DNA of 64,000 nt. Origin: an uncultured Gemmatimonadales bacterium. Lineage in GTDB: Bacteria > Gemmatimonadota > Gemmatimonadetes > Gemmatimonadales > GWC2-71-9. The stretch covers positions 480,001 to 544,000 of the forward strand of contig CAVYSW010000010.1 of NCBI GenBank assembly GCA_963771275.1. Direction: 5' to 3'. Position 1 is the stretch's first letter. Each line of letters begins with the position of its first letter. The translations under genes were made by a program, and so were the position numbers. Under the pieces are notes generated by a model. That model was not told the DNA's origin and made no database searches. It saw only the letters and a list, made by a program, of their open reading frames with translations. Below are positions 12,868 to 24,033 of this stretch, in pieces.

Positions 12868-14114
12868 TCGTGCCGGATCGCTTCCACGGGGTCGAGCGCG
12901 GCCGCGCGGCCCGCCGGGTGAAGCGTCGCGACCAGCGCCACCGCGAGGCTCGCCGCCACGACCACCGCGAGGTCCAGCGGGTTCACGCGCACCGGCAGGT
13001 GGTCGATGAAGTAGACCGTGGGATCAAGTCGAATGACCCCGCTGCGGTCCACGAGGCGCGCGACGGCGAGCCCCAGAGCCGTTCCCAGCACCGTGCCGAC
13101 GACGCCAATCACCGCCCCCTGCAGCACGAAGATCCGGCGGATGCCGGCCGTCGGCAGGCCCATTGCGCGGAGGATGCCGATCTCGCGCGTCTTGTCCGCG
13201 ACCACCATCGTGAGCATGCTCACGATGTTGAACGCGGCCACGATCACGATCAGCAGCACGATGAATCCCATCGCGAGCTTCTCGAGCTGGAGCGCCGAGA
13301 ACAGCGAGCCGTTCTGCGTCTGCCAGTCGAGCGCCCGGTAGGGGTAGCCAAGCCGCTCCTCGAGTCGCGCTCCCACCACGCGCGCCCGGTCCGGATCCCG
13401 CAGGCGGACCTCGAGGCCCGTCACCGCGTCGCCCAGTCCGGCCACCTGCTGCGCCAGCGCCCGCGACGTCAGGACGTACGCGTTGTCGTACTCGTACATG
13501 CCGGTCTCGAAATACCCCGTCGCTTCGAGCCGCCAGTACTTGGGGACGAACCCGCCGACCGCCGCGTTGAACCGCGTCCCGCCGAACGACACGACGGTGA
13601 GGATCGAGCCGGGAAAGGCAGACATCCGCTCCGCGAACCGGCGGCCCACCACGACCCCCCCCTCCACCTCCGGCTGCGTCGTGGTAAACGACAGATCGCC
13701 GCGCTGGAACGTGCGGGCGAGCCCGGTGACCGCCATGGTCCCTGTGTCGGGCTCGATCCCCAGCAGGTACGCGCCCTCGGTATAGTCGTGCCCGGCATTG
13801 AACAGCGCCTGCGTCAGCACGAACGGCGCCGCCGCCACCACCTCGGGGTCCTCGCGCACCCGAGCGAGGGCCTCGCGCCACGCGTCCATCCGCAGGCCTT
13901 CGCCGAACGTCAGTACGCGCAGGTGCGGACTGCCGATCAGGATCTTGTCGCGGAGCTCGTGCTGCAGCCCGTTCATGACACCGAGCACCACGATCAGCGC
14001 CATCACGCCCACCGTGACGCCCCCGGTCGCGATGAACGTGTTGAGCGACACCGGCCGCGACGACCGGCGGCTCCGCAGGTAGCGACCCGCGATCGCGGTC
14101 TCGAGGCGCGTCAT
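12864..14114 (-). CDS. lolE: Lipoprotein-releasing ABC transporter permease LolC/LolE family
   Basis: Start [14 protein letters not shown] at 14114 (ATGA overlap with lysS); VMNG, AAFNI, REIGILRAMG, DPVEAIRHE. Confidence 0.9.
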   Translation of the reverse strand: MTRLETAIAGRYLRSRRSSRPVSLNTFIATGGVTVGVMALIVVLGVMNGLQHELRDKILIGSPHLRVLTFGEGLRMDAWREALARVREDPEVVAAAPFVLTQALFNAGHDYTEGAYLLGIEPDTGTMAVTGLARTFQRGDLSFTTTQPEVEGGVVVGRRFAERMSAFPGSILTVVSFGGTRFNAAVGGFVPKYWRLEATGYFETGMYEYDNAYVLTSRALAQQVAGLGDAVTGLEVRLRDPDRARVVGARLEERLGYPYRALDWQTQNGSLFSALQLEKLAMGFIVLLIVIVAAFNIVSMLTMVVADKTREIGILRAMGLPTAGIRRIFVLQGAVIGVVGTVLGTALGLAVARLVDRSGVIRLDPTVYFIDHLPVRVNPLDLAVVVAASLAVALVATLHPAGRAAALDPVEAIRHE

Positions 14115-15595
14115 TCCTCCGCCCGCAGCATCGGAAACAGAATCACGTCGCGAATCGAGTGCTGCTCGGCGAGGATCATCACGAGGCGGTCGATGCCGAG
14201 CCCGATGCCCCCCGTGGGGGGGAGCCCGTACTCGAGGGCCCGCACGTAGTCCTCGTCCATCGCCTGGGCTTCCTGATCCCCGGCAGCCCGCGCGGCGCCC
14301 TGCGCGTCGAGGCGGCGTCGCTGGTCGTCCGGATCGTTCAGCTCGCTGAACGCGTTGGCCAGCTCGCGCCCGAGCACGAAGAACTCGAAGCGCTCCGCCA
14401 GCGTGGGGTCGCCCCGCTTGGGCTTGGCCAGCGGCGACAGCTCGATCGGGAAGTCGACCACGAACGTCGGGGCCTGGAGCGTCGGTTCCACGTACGCCTT
14501 GAACACCTCGTCCGTGAGCTTGGCACGGCTCATCCCGTCGGGATCCGCGCCCCGCGCCGCGACTGCGCGGCGCAGGTCCGCGTCGCCGGCCGTCCGGAGA
14601 TCGACGCCGGCGCGCTCCGCCACGAGCTCGCGGTACCCGAGGCGGGGCCACGGGCGCGTGAAATCGAGCGCCCTGCCGAACCGCTCGATCCGGGCGTCGT
14701 CGCACACGTCGCGGACGACCCCCTCCACCATCGCCTCGGTAAGCGCCATCATGTCCCCATAGTCCGCGTACGCCTGGTAGAGCTCCAGCATCGTGAACTC
14801 GGGGTTGTGCAGGCGGTCGATGCCCTCGTTGCGGAAGTCCTTCCCGATCTCGTACACCCGCTCGAGCCCGCCGACCACGCACCGCTTGAGGTAGAGCTCG
14901 GTGGCGATCCGCAGGTAGAGCTGTCGGTCCAGCGCGTTGTGACGCGTCACGAACGGGCGCGCCATGGCGCCTCCGTAGATCGGCTGCAGGATCGGCGTCT
15001 CAACTTCGAGGAAGCCGCGCGCGTCGAGGAACGCCCGCAGGAACGCCACCGCGCGCGCCCGGGTGCGGAAGACGTGACGCACCTGCGGATGCACCGCCAG
15101 GTCGGTGTATCGCTGGCGGTAGCGAGTCTCGGGATCGATCAGGTCGCCGTGCTGGGCCCCCGCCGCGTCCGACTTCCCGAGCGGCAGCGGACGCAGCGCC
15201 TTGGCAAGCAGCGTGAGGGCCGTGCACCGCACGGTGACCTCGCCCGTGCGGGTACGGAACACGGCTCCGGCCACGCCGACTACGTCGCCCAGATCGAGCA
15301 ATTTGACGAGCGCGTACCCGTCGTCCGCCAGCCCGTCGGCCCGGAAGTACACCTGGATCCGCCCCGAGGGATCCTCGAGGTGCCCGAACGTCGTCTTGCC
15401 GTGGCCCCGCAGCGCGGCAACCCGTCCCGCGAGCGTGACCGGCACCTCGCGGTCCGGGTCGAACGCCGCGACGGCCTCCGCCGCAAGATGGGTGCGCTCG
15501 AACCGATAGGCGTACGGCTCGACGCCCCGTGCCCGGAGCGCCGCCAGCGCCTCGCGACGGGCGGCCTCCACCGGAGTGCGCGCCGCTTCGGTCAC
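14111..15595 (-). CDS. lysS: Lysine-tRNA ligase (class II)
   Basis: OB fold, [39 protein letters not shown]. Confidence 0.97.
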   Translation of the reverse strand: MTEAARTPVEAARREALAALRARGVEPYAYRFERTHLAAEAVAAFDPDREVPVTLAGRVAALRGHGKTTFGHLEDPSGRIQVYFRADGLADDGYALVKLLDLGDVVGVAGAVFRTRTGEVTVRCTALTLLAKALRPLPLGKSDAAGAQHGDLIDPETRYRQRYTDLAVHPQVRHVFRTRARAVAFLRAFLDARGFLEVETPILQPIYGGAMARPFVTRHNALDRQLYLRIATELYLKRCVVGGLERVYEIGKDFRNEGIDRLHNPEFTMLELYQAYADYGDMMALTEAMVEGVVRDVCDDARIERFGRALDFTRPWPRLGYRELVAERAGVDLRTAGDADLRRAVAARGADPDGMSRAKLTDEVFKAYVEPTLQAPTFVVDFPIELSPLAKPKRGDPTLAERFEFFVLGRELANAFSELNDPDDQRRRLDAQGAARAAGDQEAQAMDEDYVRALEYGLPPTGGIGLGIDRLVMILAEQHSIRDVILFPMLRAEE

Positions 15596-16702
15596 GCCGC
15601 CTTGCCCCCGAACTTCTTGAGATACGCTTCGATGAACTCGTCGATCTTTCCGTCCATCACCGACTGGACATCCCCCACCTTGCGCTCGGTGCGGTGGTCG
15701 TTCACCATCGTGTAGGGCTGGAAGACATACGAGCGGATCTGGTTGCCCCAGCTGATGTCGGTCTTCGTCGCCTCCACCTCGGCCTTCTTCTTCTCGCGCT
15801 CCTCGATGGCCCGCTGGTAGAGCGCGGCCTTGAGCATCTTCATGGCCACGGCCTTGTTCTTGTGCTGGCTCCGCTCCTGCTGGCAGGCGACGACGATGCC
15901 CGTCGGCAGGTGCCGCAGGCGCACCGCCGAGGAAGTCTTGTTGACGTGCTGGCCGCCGGCGCCGGACGCGCGGTAGACGTCCATCTCGATGTCGTCGTCC
16001 CGGATGTCGATCTGAATCGTGTCGTCCACGACCGGGTAGACGAACACCGACGCGAACGAGGTGTGCCGCCGGGACTGGCCATCGAACGGAGAGATGCGCA
16101 CCAGGCGGTGCACCCCCTTCTCCGCCTTGAGGTAACCGTAGGCGTAGTCCCCGGTGATCTCGAGCACGACGGACTTGATTCCGGCTTCCTCTCCCGGCAG
16201 CAGATCGAGGATCCGTACGGTGTACCGGTGCCGCTCCCCCCAGCGCGTGTACATGCGCATGAGCATCTCGGCCCAGTCCTGCGACTCCGTTCCGCCCGCC
16301 CCGGGATGCACGGTGAGCAGGGCCGAGCGCAGATCGTCCGGGCCCTGCAACATGGTGCGCAGCTCGAGCGCCCGCAGGTCCGCGGTCAGCAGCTCGACTT
16401 CCTGCGCCAGGCCCTGCGCTAGTTCCGGGTCGGGATCATCCGCGATGAGGGCGGAGAGTTCGCGGGCGTCCTGCGTGCGCCGTTGGAGGTCGGCATAGGG
16501 CTCGGTCCAGCGCTTCAGCCGCCGGACTTCCTCCACGACCTCCCGGGCCCGCTCGGGTTGATCCCAGAATCCGGGCGCCGCCATGGCCTGCTCCAGGACC
16601 GTGACGCGCTGGTGCTTGGCGTCGAAGTCAAAGATAACCCCGGAGTTCGTGCAGCCCCTGCTCCAGCTCTCCAAGGCTCTCGCGGACATTGGTCTCGATC
16701 AC
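15592..16702 (-). CDS. prfB: Peptide chain release factor 2, expressed via programmed +1 frameshift
   Basis: SPF and GGQ motifs; true start GTG 16702 ([24 protein letters not shown]) ends at CTT TGA C and continues in the +1 frame as DFDAKHQRV. Confidence 0.96.
16627..16642 (-). promoter_or_regulatory. RF2 autoregulatory +1 frameshift cassette
   Basis: CGGGGT-TAT-CTT-TGA-C: internal SD-like sequence plus canonical slippery site at codon 24. Confidence 0.93.
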
Positions 16703-16744
16703 GGCTGTTCCTGCTTCCCTTTCCGGGCGGCGTCCATTATGCAC

Positions 16745-16780
16745 CGAGCCGTCGCCTCCGGGAGTCGGGGGGACGGCTCG
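16745..16780 (-). terminator. GC-rich hairpin downstream of Zn-ribbon gene
   Basis: CGAGCCGTC ... GACGGCTCG inverted repeat; no U-tract. Confidence 0.4.
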
Positions 16781-16822
16781 CCATGCTGCTAAATATAGGT
16801 CTGGCCACAGCTTGTGACCAGC

Positions 16823-17623
16823 CTAGAAGATCGACTGCCCTCCGGCAAGAATCTGGTTCAGGGCCTCCCGCCAATACGGTGTCGACTCCGCCATTTGCCC
16901 GCCGACCTGCTCCACGTATTCCTCCCAGCTCTTCTGGATCTCTTCCTCGAACGCTTCCTTGAGGTTCCCCGCGGAGAGCGCCCGCTGCCGCTTCTCCGGC
17001 TGGTAGACGATCATGTCCGAAACGAGCGCGCGGGCGAGCCGGCGGGCCTTCTGCTGCGGGTCCTGCTGCAGGAAGGGGTTGACCGGGCGCCTGCGGGCCT
17101 CGCCGCCGGCTGCCAGGCCCGCGGCCGCGGCCGGGGTCGCCGCGCGGGGCGGTGGAGCCGGTGGGCCCGGCGCGGGCCGTGGGGGCGGCACTGGGGCGGC
17201 CGTGATGGGCTGCCCCGGGGTCGGCCGGAACACCGGGGCGGACGGACGAGCCGGCGCCGCCGGCGGCGGTGTCACCGGGGGCTGCGGCGCCCGAGGCTGA
17301 TAGAACGGCTGGCTCAGGCGGGCACTGCCGGGCGCGACCGGTCGGGGCGGCGGGCTTGCAACGGCCGGGGTCTCGACCGTTGGTGCCGCTGGTCGGTGCT
17401 GGATGGGCGGCGTTGCCGGCGGTGCGAGGGTCACCGGTGCCGGGGTGGTCGCCGGGCGCACCGCCTCCGGCCGCGTCGGAGCCGGACGCGGGACGGACGC
17501 CCCGTCGCGCCGTACGTCCATCGTAGCGGCGCACACCGTGCAGCGCGCGCGGATACCGCGCTCCGGGACCTTGAGCGGATCAACACGAAACACCGTCCGA
17601 CAGGATGGGCAGCGGACGTTCAT
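16823..17623 (-). CDS. MJ0042-type Zn-ribbon protein with Pro-rich linker and conserved helical C-terminal domain
   Basis: CPSC..FRVD....CTVC N-terminus; Pro/Ala-rich linker; ARRLARALVSD...ILAGG C-terminal domain. Confidence 0.8.
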   Translation of the reverse strand: MNVRCPSCRTVFRVDPLKVPERGIRARCTVCAATMDVRRDGASVPRPAPTRPEAVRPATTPAPVTLAPPATPPIQHRPAAPTVETPAVASPPPRPVAPGSARLSQPFYQPRAPQPPVTPPPAAPARPSAPVFRPTPGQPITAAPVPPPRPAPGPPAPPPRAATPAAAAGLAAGGEARRRPVNPFLQQDPQQKARRLARALVSDMIVYQPEKRQRALSAGNLKEAFEEEIQKSWEEYVEQVGGQMAESTPYWREALNQILAGGQSIF

Positions 17624-17638
17624 GAGCGTGGGTCCTCC

Positions 17639-18589
17639 CTACCCCTCTTCCGGCTCGTCGTGGCGACGGTCGACCACGAACACCGATCCCGGCAGGGTCT
17701 TCGCATAGCTCTTCATCTCGGTCGCGAGCCCGCTGACCTGCGCGGGGTGCGTGAAATGACGCCGCTCGTTGGTCACGATGCCGATCGAGAGCGTCATCAG
17801 GGGCACGCGGTAGAGCTGGCCGCGACGGTCCTTCCCGAAGAAGTACCCGGCGCGGCGATCCTGATCGGAGTACTGGAACGGTACCAGGGCGTCAAACACC
17901 CCGATCACCTCCGCACAGATCTCGTTCACCCGATCGGTGGGCACGACGAAGATGAAGTCGTCGCCCCCGATGTGCCCCACGAAGCTCTCCTCCGGGCAGA
18001 GGCCCTTGACGACGTCGCGCAGCATGCGCGACAGGAGGTAGATGACGCGATCGCCGTCGTAGTAGCTGTAGCGATCGTTGAACTCCTTGAAATGATCGAG
18101 GTCGGCATAGCACACGGCGAACCGCTCGCCGGCCTCGAGCCGGCGGCGGATCTCCTGCTCGATATCCGTCGTGCCCGGAAGGCGGGTGGAAGGGTGGACG
18201 GCCACCGAGGTCGTCGCCCGGGCGATCAGCGCGTCCAGCCGCGCCCGCTGCTCGGCGGGCTCGAACAGCGGCGTGATCACCTCGTCGACGCCGGCGGCGA
18301 ACCACGCGCGAATGTGGTCCGACGTGTGGCCATCCGCCAGCACGGCGATCGGGATGATCCCCGTGTAGGGGTCCGCCGTGAGGCGCCGGCTCAGCGCCCG
18401 GCCCTCGTCGCCAAACTCCTCGGCGATCACGACGAGCGCCGGCAGGCCGCGCACCGCCGCCATCTCGACGTCCGCGCGCTCTCTGAGCGGCACGACCGGA
18501 AAGGACCGCGTGTCCGCCCAGGTCGCCAGGAGGTCGGGGACCGGCCGCCCGGCCGGCGCGAAGTAAAGGACCGCCTGACGCTTCGGCAC
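17639..18589 (-). CDS. Diguanylate cyclase with degenerate N-terminal receiver-like domain
   Basis: GTG 18589 behind AGAGGAG; DLDHFKEFND...GD and GHIGGDDF. Confidence 0.85.
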   Translation of the reverse strand: MPKRQAVLYFAPAGRPVPDLLATWADTRSFPVVPLRERADVEMAAVRGLPALVVIAEEFGDEGRALSRRLTADPYTGIIPIAVLADGHTSDHIRAWFAAGVDEVITPLFEPAEQRARLDALIARATTSVAVHPSTRLPGTTDIEQEIRRRLEAGERFAVCYADLDHFKEFNDRYSYYDGDRVIYLLSRMLRDVVKGLCPEESFVGHIGGDDFIFVVPTDRVNEICAEVIGVFDALVPFQYSDQDRRAGYFFGKDRRGQLYRVPLMTLSIGIVTNERRHFTHPAQVSGLATEMKSYAKTLPGSVFVVDRRHDEPEEG

Positions 18590-18623
18590 CTCGCTCCTCT
18601 CGCGTAATCCTAAGGCCGGAAAA

Positions 18624-18652
18624 AACTTAGGACTGCCTGCAGGGGAAGTCAA
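18624..18652 (-). promoter_or_regulatory. Sigma70-type promoter for the GGDEF gene
   Basis: TTGACT-N17-TAAGTT in an AT-enriched intergenic patch. Confidence 0.65.
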
Positions 18653-18668
18653 ATGAGCGCTTTGGCGC

Positions 18669-19517
18669 TCAGAATGCCACGCGTACCTGCGCCGTGAATG
18701 CGAGGGATCGCGCCCGCAACCGATCAGGGCCAAAACCGGACGTGAGGCTGACGTGATGGGCGCTGCCCGACAGCCGCTCGGAAACGAAGGCGTCGACCGC
18801 GCTCAGCACGTGGTTTGCCAACAGGAGACCGAGATTCTGCGTCGCCGCGCGAAACGCGTTGTCACTCTGTCGGATCGTCTGACGATACAGGTCCTGCTCG
18901 AGGCCGGCGTTGCGCCACGACCACTGGAACCCCGGGCCGATGGCGCGCGCCGTATAGAACGCCAACGCGCGCTGATACTCCGGCGAGTCCGGCGCCGGCG
19001 GGTGGTCGGCGTCCGGAAAGAAGGTTCGGCGCGCAAGCGCCCAGATCTGGCCGTTGTAGGTCTGTTCGTCCGTCGGCGGCTCGAATCCGGGCCCGGGGTC
19101 GGCGTCGAACGGGCCGCTCTCCACGTACCGCCCCATCTGCTCGAAGTACTCGAACACCGTGTCCTGCGCCGTTGGCTGGTACACCCCTCGCGCGACGAGC
19201 CACGCGAGCTGCCGGTAGCGGTCGCGCTCCCGCCGGCCCTCCGCGTTGAGTCCGAGGAACCGGGTGAGCAGGAACGCCTCCGCCACGAGATACAGCGCGC
19301 CGCGCTCGCGCCGCGCCACGAGCTGCCCCATCCCGGGAACGAGCGCGGAAGCCAACGGACGGGCCCATCGCGCGTGCGCGGGGTCGTTCAGGATGTGCCA
19401 GACTCCGCCGCGCGTCGGCAGGTCACCGCGCGCCGAATCCCCCGGCGGATCCTGCGCGGCCAGCGGTCGTCCGGCCAGGACCGCCGTCATCACGAGCGCG
19501 ATGGGCAGGCGGCTCAG
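18669..19517 (-). CDS. Exported membrane protein, DUF5683-like (start uncertain: 19517 CTG, 19493 GTG or 19490 ATG)
   Basis: Signal-like N-terminus, SALVPGMGQL motif, NHVLSAVDAFV helix, C-terminal VRVAF. Confidence 0.65.
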   Translation of the reverse strand: MSRLPIALVMTAVLAGRPLAAQDPPGDSARGDLPTRGGVWHILNDPAHARWARPLASALVPGMGQLVARRERGALYLVAEAFLLTRFLGLNAEGRRERDRYRQLAWLVARGVYQPTAQDTVFEYFEQMGRYVESGPFDADPGPGFEPPTDEQTYNGQIWALARRTFFPDADHPPAPDSPEYQRALAFYTARAIGPGFQWSWRNAGLEQDLYRQTIRQSDNAFRAATQNLGLLLANHVLSAVDAFVSERLSGSAHHVSLTSGFGPDRLRARSLAFTAQVRVAF

Positions 19518-20500
19518 AGCATCACCCGGAAGCTGAGATACACGGGCTCGTCGAACCCGCCCCGGTCGTAGAACACGCGCGCGAAATCGATGGCGATCCG
19601 CTCGAGGTTCAGCCCGAAGCCGAGCGACGCGCCGCGGCTCTCCGACTTGAGGAACGCGTACCCTGCGCGCAGCCGCGCGATCCGCCCGTAGCCGAACTCG
19701 AGGCCGAGGCGCGCATCCGGGCTGGAGTACTCTCCCCAGTCGTCCTGGAAGTCCATCAGCACTCGGGCCCCGAACGGCGTCCCGTCGCGCAGCGGCGGCA
19801 GCGGAATGCGGTAGGCGATGCCGACGGCGACCTGCGTGGGCAATGGGTCCGCCTGATCGCGGTTCTCGAGCTGGAGCTTGAATCCTGCGTGCCGCACGGC
19901 GAACCCGATGCGCAACGCGTCGGGACCGCCGATCGCGACCTGGGCGCCGACATCGACGGCCTGGGTGGTGCCGGTCACGGGCCGCAGGGTGCCGCAGTCG
20001 CCCTGACAATCCTGGCGGAACTGGATCAGCTTGTAGCTCACCCCGAGCGCGAGCGTGTGGCCGATGTCCGTGGCGTACGAGGCGAGCAGCTCGACGTTCT
20101 TCGGCGCGATCCGCCCGGCGGGAATGCCGCCGCCGGGCGGTACGACGTCCTGCGCACCATAGTCCACGAGGTAGGCCGCGATGCCCACCGTCCCGAGCCG
20201 CTGCCCGACGACGGAGAAGGTGATCGCCGTGTTGTCGGACGCAAAGGTCGACGCGTAGTGAATGGCGAACTCCGAGCGCGGCAGCAGCGCGAGCCCGGCG
20301 GGATTCCAGAACACCGCTTCGCTGCTTCCGCCGTCGGCGATCGCAGCCTGCCCCAGGGCCGTCGACCGGGCACCGACCGGCAACAGCAAGAAGGCCGCAC
20401 CGGTCGAGCGGGGCGGACCATCCTGGGCGCCCGCCGGGCGCGGGCCGGCGGCCAGGAGCGCGACGGCGAGCCCGGCGAGGCTAGAGGGGCGTGGCCTCAT
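19514..20500 (-). CDS. PorV/PorQ (FadL-like) outer membrane barrel
   Basis: Signal peptide; [17 protein letters not shown]...FWNPAGLA signature; amphipathic strands. Confidence 0.8.
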   Translation of the reverse strand: MRPRPSSLAGLAVALLAAGPRPAGAQDGPPRSTGAAFLLLPVGARSTALGQAAIADGGSSEAVFWNPAGLALLPRSEFAIHYASTFASDNTAITFSVVGQRLGTVGIAAYLVDYGAQDVVPPGGGIPAGRIAPKNVELLASYATDIGHTLALGVSYKLIQFRQDCQGDCGTLRPVTGTTQAVDVGAQVAIGGPDALRIGFAVRHAGFKLQLENRDQADPLPTQVAVGIAYRIPLPPLRDGTPFGARVLMDFQDDWGEYSSPDARLGLEFGYGRIARLRAGYAFLKSESRGASLGFGLNLERIAIDFARVFYDRGGFDEPVYLSFRVML

Positions 20501-20651
20501 CGATCAGCATGATCGGGATGTCATCCTCGACGGCGTAGAGCAGCCGGCACGCATGACACACCAGCGCCTCCTCGGGACTGGTACGGTGCTCGAGCTCCCC
20601 CTTGCACTTGGGGCACACGAGGATGGCGAGCAGGTCTGGCGGAACGCTCAT
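20481..20651 (-). CDS. Trm112 (YcaR/UPF0434) family protein
   Basis: [14 protein letters not shown]...[28 protein letters not shown] overlap with era. Confidence 0.9.
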   Translation of the reverse strand: MSVPPDLLAILVCPKCKGELEHRTSPEEALVCHACRLLYAVEDDIPIMLIDEATPL

Positions 20652-21541
20652 GGCGACCTCGTTCGTGGAACACGGAACCCCAGGCGACGGAGCGCCGCCG
20701 CTCGGGAGCGCCACTTCGGCAGTGTCTTGACCCGTAGTTCGAGATACACCTGCGTGCCGAGAAAGGCCTCGATCCGCCGCCGCGCATCCGTCCCGATGCG
20801 CTTGAGCATGGCGCCGCCGCGGCCGATCACCATGCCCTTCTGAGATTCGCGCTCGGTATGGAGGACCGCCCGAATATACAGCGGGGATGAACCCTCCCGG
20901 AACTCGTCGACCTCGGCCGCGATCGCGTACGGCAGCTCGGCCCCGAGGTGCGCAAACGCCGCTTCGCGCACGAATTCCGCCACGAAAAAGCGCACCGGCT
21001 GAGCGCTGAGGTCGTCCGGGTCGTAGCGGAACGGTCCGGGCGGCAGGTGCGTGGCGCACCAGTGCAGGATCTCGGCCACGCCCTCGCGGGATATCGCGGA
21101 GGCCAGCACCTGATCGGGCGTGGCGGCGTTCGGGCCCCCCCCTGGGGCGCACTGGTCGGCCTTCGTGAGGACGGTGAGCGTCGGCACGCCGGGTGCCGTC
21201 CCGCCGGGGAGTAGCGTCGCGAGGGGCGGCACCGGCCGCTGCGCGGCGGGATGCAGGTAGAGGATCAAGTCGGCCCGCCGGACGACTTCGAGCGCCTCGG
21301 CGCGCATCGCCTCCTGCAGCAGGGAGCGCGGGTCCAGCAGTCCGGCCGGATCGACGAAGATCATCTGCGCCGCGCCCTCCGTGCGCAGGCCGATCACCGG
21401 CAGCCGCGTGGATTGCGGCTTGGCGCTCACGATGGCGAGCGGCTCGCCCACCAGCGCGTTGAGCAGCGTCGACTTCCCGGCGTTGGGCTGCCCGGCGAGG
21501 ACGATGGTCCCGCAGCGCGTGGAGGCAGGAGGCGGTGACAC
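20648..21541 (-). CDS. era: GTPase Era
   Basis: [24 protein letters not shown]-domain VIGRGG.LKRIG. Confidence 0.93.
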   Translation of the reverse strand: MSPPPASTRCGTIVLAGQPNAGKSTLLNALVGEPLAIVSAKPQSTRLPVIGLRTEGAAQMIFVDPAGLLDPRSLLQEAMRAEALEVVRRADLILYLHPAAQRPVPPLATLLPGGTAPGVPTLTVLTKADQCAPGGGPNAATPDQVLASAISREGVAEILHWCATHLPPGPFRYDPDDLSAQPVRFFVAEFVREAAFAHLGAELPYAIAAEVDEFREGSSPLYIRAVLHTERESQKGMVIGRGGAMLKRIGTDARRRIEAFLGTQVYLELRVKTLPKWRSRAAALRRLGFRVPRTRSP

Positions 21542-21567
21542 GTGAGTGGTCGCTGGCAGGACCCGCC

Positions 21568-22632
21568 TCAGCAGATGCGCGGCAGCTGGTCGCCGGGGAG
21601 CATGTCAACGATGCGGGAACCGCCGACCCGGGTCTTCAGGGTCACGAGGCCGCGGTGCTCGGCGACGACCGTCCCGATTCTGGCGGCGCCCGTCCCGAGT
21701 GGGTGCGAGCGGAGCGCCGCCAGCGCCGGGTCGCTCGCCTCGGGACTGACGAGCGCGAGCAGGACGCCCTCGTTGGCGACGTAGAGCGGATCCAGCCCCA
21801 GGACCGCGCACGCCGCGGCGACAGGCTCCGGAACCGGGAGGGCGCGGTCCTCGAGTTCGACGCCCACACCGGCGGCGTGCGCGAGCTCGTTGAGCGCGCT
21901 GGCGACCCCGCCGCGCGTGGGGTCACGGAGCGCGTGCACCGCGCGGCCAACCCGGTCCCGTAGCAACTCGACGAGCGGCCCCAGGGCCGCCGTGTCGCTC
22001 GTGATGGTGGATTGGAACCGGAGGCCCTCGCGCGCGGCCATCACCGCCATGCCGTGGCGCCCGATCGGACCGCTCACCAGCACCGCGTCGCCCGGGCGTC
22101 CGCCGCGCGGGCCGGGACGGAAGTCGTCGCGCAGGACGCCGAGACCCGTGGTATTGACGAACATCCCATCGGCCTTGCCCCGCTCCACCACCTTGGTATC
22201 GCCGGTCACGACCGGGACACCGGCCGCCCGCGCCGCCGCACCCATGGCCTCGAGGACGCGGTCGAGCACGTCGAACGGCAGCCCTTCCTCCAGCACGAAG
22301 CCGGCGGTGAGGCAGCGCGGGACGGCCCCCATCATGGCGAGATCGTTCAGGGTGCCATGGACGGCGAGCGTCCCGATATTGCCGCCTGGGAACTCGAGCG
22401 GCGAAACCACGAACGTGTCCGTCGAGACCACGATCCGACCGCCGGGCAGCTCGAGCACCGCGCCGTCACCCAGCTCGGCGAGCGCGGGATTGTCGAACCG
22501 CGGCAGGAACCGCTCGCGCAGCAGCGCGGCGCTCAGCTTGCCGCCCGAGCCGTGTCCCAGCTGCACGTGCGCATACGCCGACTGTGGCACCGGGCAGGCC
22601 GGTCCGTCGGCCGGAAACGCGGTGCCGCTCAC
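21568..22632 (-). CDS. hypE: Hydrogenase maturation carbamoyl dehydratase HypE
   Basis: GHGSGG, GDTKVV, RDPTRGG, ANEG, C-terminal PRIC. Confidence 0.96.
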   Translation of the reverse strand: MSGTAFPADGPACPVPQSAYAHVQLGHGSGGKLSAALLRERFLPRFDNPALAELGDGAVLELPGGRIVVSTDTFVVSPLEFPGGNIGTLAVHGTLNDLAMMGAVPRCLTAGFVLEEGLPFDVLDRVLEAMGAAARAAGVPVVTGDTKVVERGKADGMFVNTTGLGVLRDDFRPGPRGGRPGDAVLVSGPIGRHGMAVMAAREGLRFQSTITSDTAALGPLVELLRDRVGRAVHALRDPTRGGVASALNELAHAAGVGVELEDRALPVPEPVAAACAVLGLDPLYVANEGVLLALVSPEASDPALAALRSHPLGTGAARIGTVVAEHRGLVTLKTRVGGSRIVDMLPGDQLPRIC

Positions 22633-23738
22633 GGGCCCCTGCGTGCCGGGGCGCGCGCGCGCCCGTAGTTGTGGTACGCCGCGCAGGCACCCTCCGACGA
22701 CACCATCGGCGCGCCGAGCGGGCGTTCGGGCGTGCATTCCCGGCCGAACGCCGGGCACTCGAACGGCTTGAGCTTGCCGCGCAGCACGTCGCCGGCGTGA
22801 CACAGCGCCGGCTCGGTCGCCCGGATGTCGCCGAGGGCGAACTTGCGCTCGGCGTCGAACGCGGCGAACTCGTCCCGCAGGCCGAGTCCGCTGCCCGGGA
22901 TCGCGCCGATGCCGCGCCACTGCCGATCCACCAGGCGGAACACCCGGAGGACGAGCTCCTGCGCCGGCCGGTTGCCGTCGTGCCGGACCGCGCGCACGTA
23001 CTGGTTCTCCACCACGTGACGGCCCTGCTCGAGTTGGCGCACCGCCAGGAGGATGCCCTCGAGGATGTCCAGCGGCTCGAAGCCGGTGACCACGATGGGA
23101 ACCCGGTAGCGGGCCGCGAGCGGCTCGTACTCCCACCAGCCCATCACCGTGCACACGTGGCCGGCTGCGAGGAACGCCTGCACCCGGTTGTCCGCGGACT
23201 CGAGGATCGCGGTCATCGCGGGCGGCACGGTCACGTGTGAGACGAGCAGCGAGAAGTTCGTCAGCCCGAGCTGGCGCGCCCGCCACACCGCCATGGCGTT
23301 GGCGGGGGCCGTGGTCTCGAATCCCACGGCGAAGAAGACTACCTCGCGGGTCGGGAATCGTCGCGCGAGCTCGACGGCGTCGAGCGGGGAATACACCACG
23401 CGCACGTCGCCCCCCTGTGCGCGCACCTGCTGCAGGTCGGTGATGGAGCCCGGGACGCGCAGCATGTCGCCGAAGGACGTGAAGATCACGTCCGGGCGGG
23501 CGGCCAGGTGCAGCGCCCGGTCGATCTGCTCCAGCGGCGTGACGCACACGGGACAGCCCGGGCCGTGGATCATCTCGACGGCGCCGTCGATCAGCTCGTC
23601 GATGCCCTGCCGGACGATCGTGTGGGTCTGGCCGCCGCACACCTCCATCAGCACCCAGCGGCGGGTGGCCGTCGCCCGGATGCGCTGCACGAGGCCGCGC
23701 GCGACGTCGCCGTCCTGGTACTCGGAGAGGTATTTCAC
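22629..23738 (-). CDS. hypD: Hydrogenase formation protein HypD
   Basis: GTG 23738; [32 protein letters not shown]. Confidence 0.96.
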   Translation of the reverse strand: MKYLSEYQDGDVARGLVQRIRATATRRWVLMEVCGGQTHTIVRQGIDELIDGAVEMIHGPGCPVCVTPLEQIDRALHLAARPDVIFTSFGDMLRVPGSITDLQQVRAQGGDVRVVYSPLDAVELARRFPTREVVFFAVGFETTAPANAMAVWRARQLGLTNFSLLVSHVTVPPAMTAILESADNRVQAFLAAGHVCTVMGWWEYEPLAARYRVPIVVTGFEPLDILEGILLAVRQLEQGRHVVENQYVRAVRHDGNRPAQELVLRVFRLVDRQWRGIGAIPGSGLGLRDEFAAFDAERKFALGDIRATEPALCHAGDVLRGKLKPFECPAFGRECTPERPLGAPMVSSEGACAAYHNYGRARAPARRGP

Positions 23739-24031
23739 GAGGCCGTCGGCGGCGCGTCGCCGAGACTGCGCTCCGCCACCTCCCGCATCCAGTCCAAGTC
23801 CGCGAGCTGGCTCATCTCGCGGAGCAAGGCGAACGTGCGGTGCGCCTCCTCCTCGTCCACCTTGGAGAGTGCGAAGCCGACATGCACGATCACGTAGTCG
23901 CCCGGCCGGACCTCGTCGGCCACATAGGCCATGCAGACGTCGCGGCGCACCCCGCCGAAGTCCACGGTGCCCATCGCCAGGCCGCCATCGTCCCTGAGAT
24001 CCACGACCTTCCCCGGAATGCCCAGACACAT
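23735..24031 (-). CDS. hypC: Hydrogenase chaperone HypC
   Basis: MCLGIPG N-terminus, [11 protein letters not shown]. Confidence 0.96.
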   Translation of the reverse strand: MCLGIPGKVVDLRDDGGLAMGTVDFGGVRRDVCMAYVADEVRPGDYVIVHVGFALSKVDEEEAHRTFALLREMSQLADLDWMREVAERSLGDAPPTAS

Positions 24032-24033
24032 GG

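Noticed and set aside
17100..17500. Low-complexity GC repeats
   Set aside because: They encode the Pro/Ala linker of the Zn-ribbon protein; not a DNA repeat array
17639..18589. Hypr-type (cGAMP-forming) GGDEF
   Set aside because: The specificity Asp (YDGDRV) is retained, consistent with an ordinary c-di-GMP cyclase
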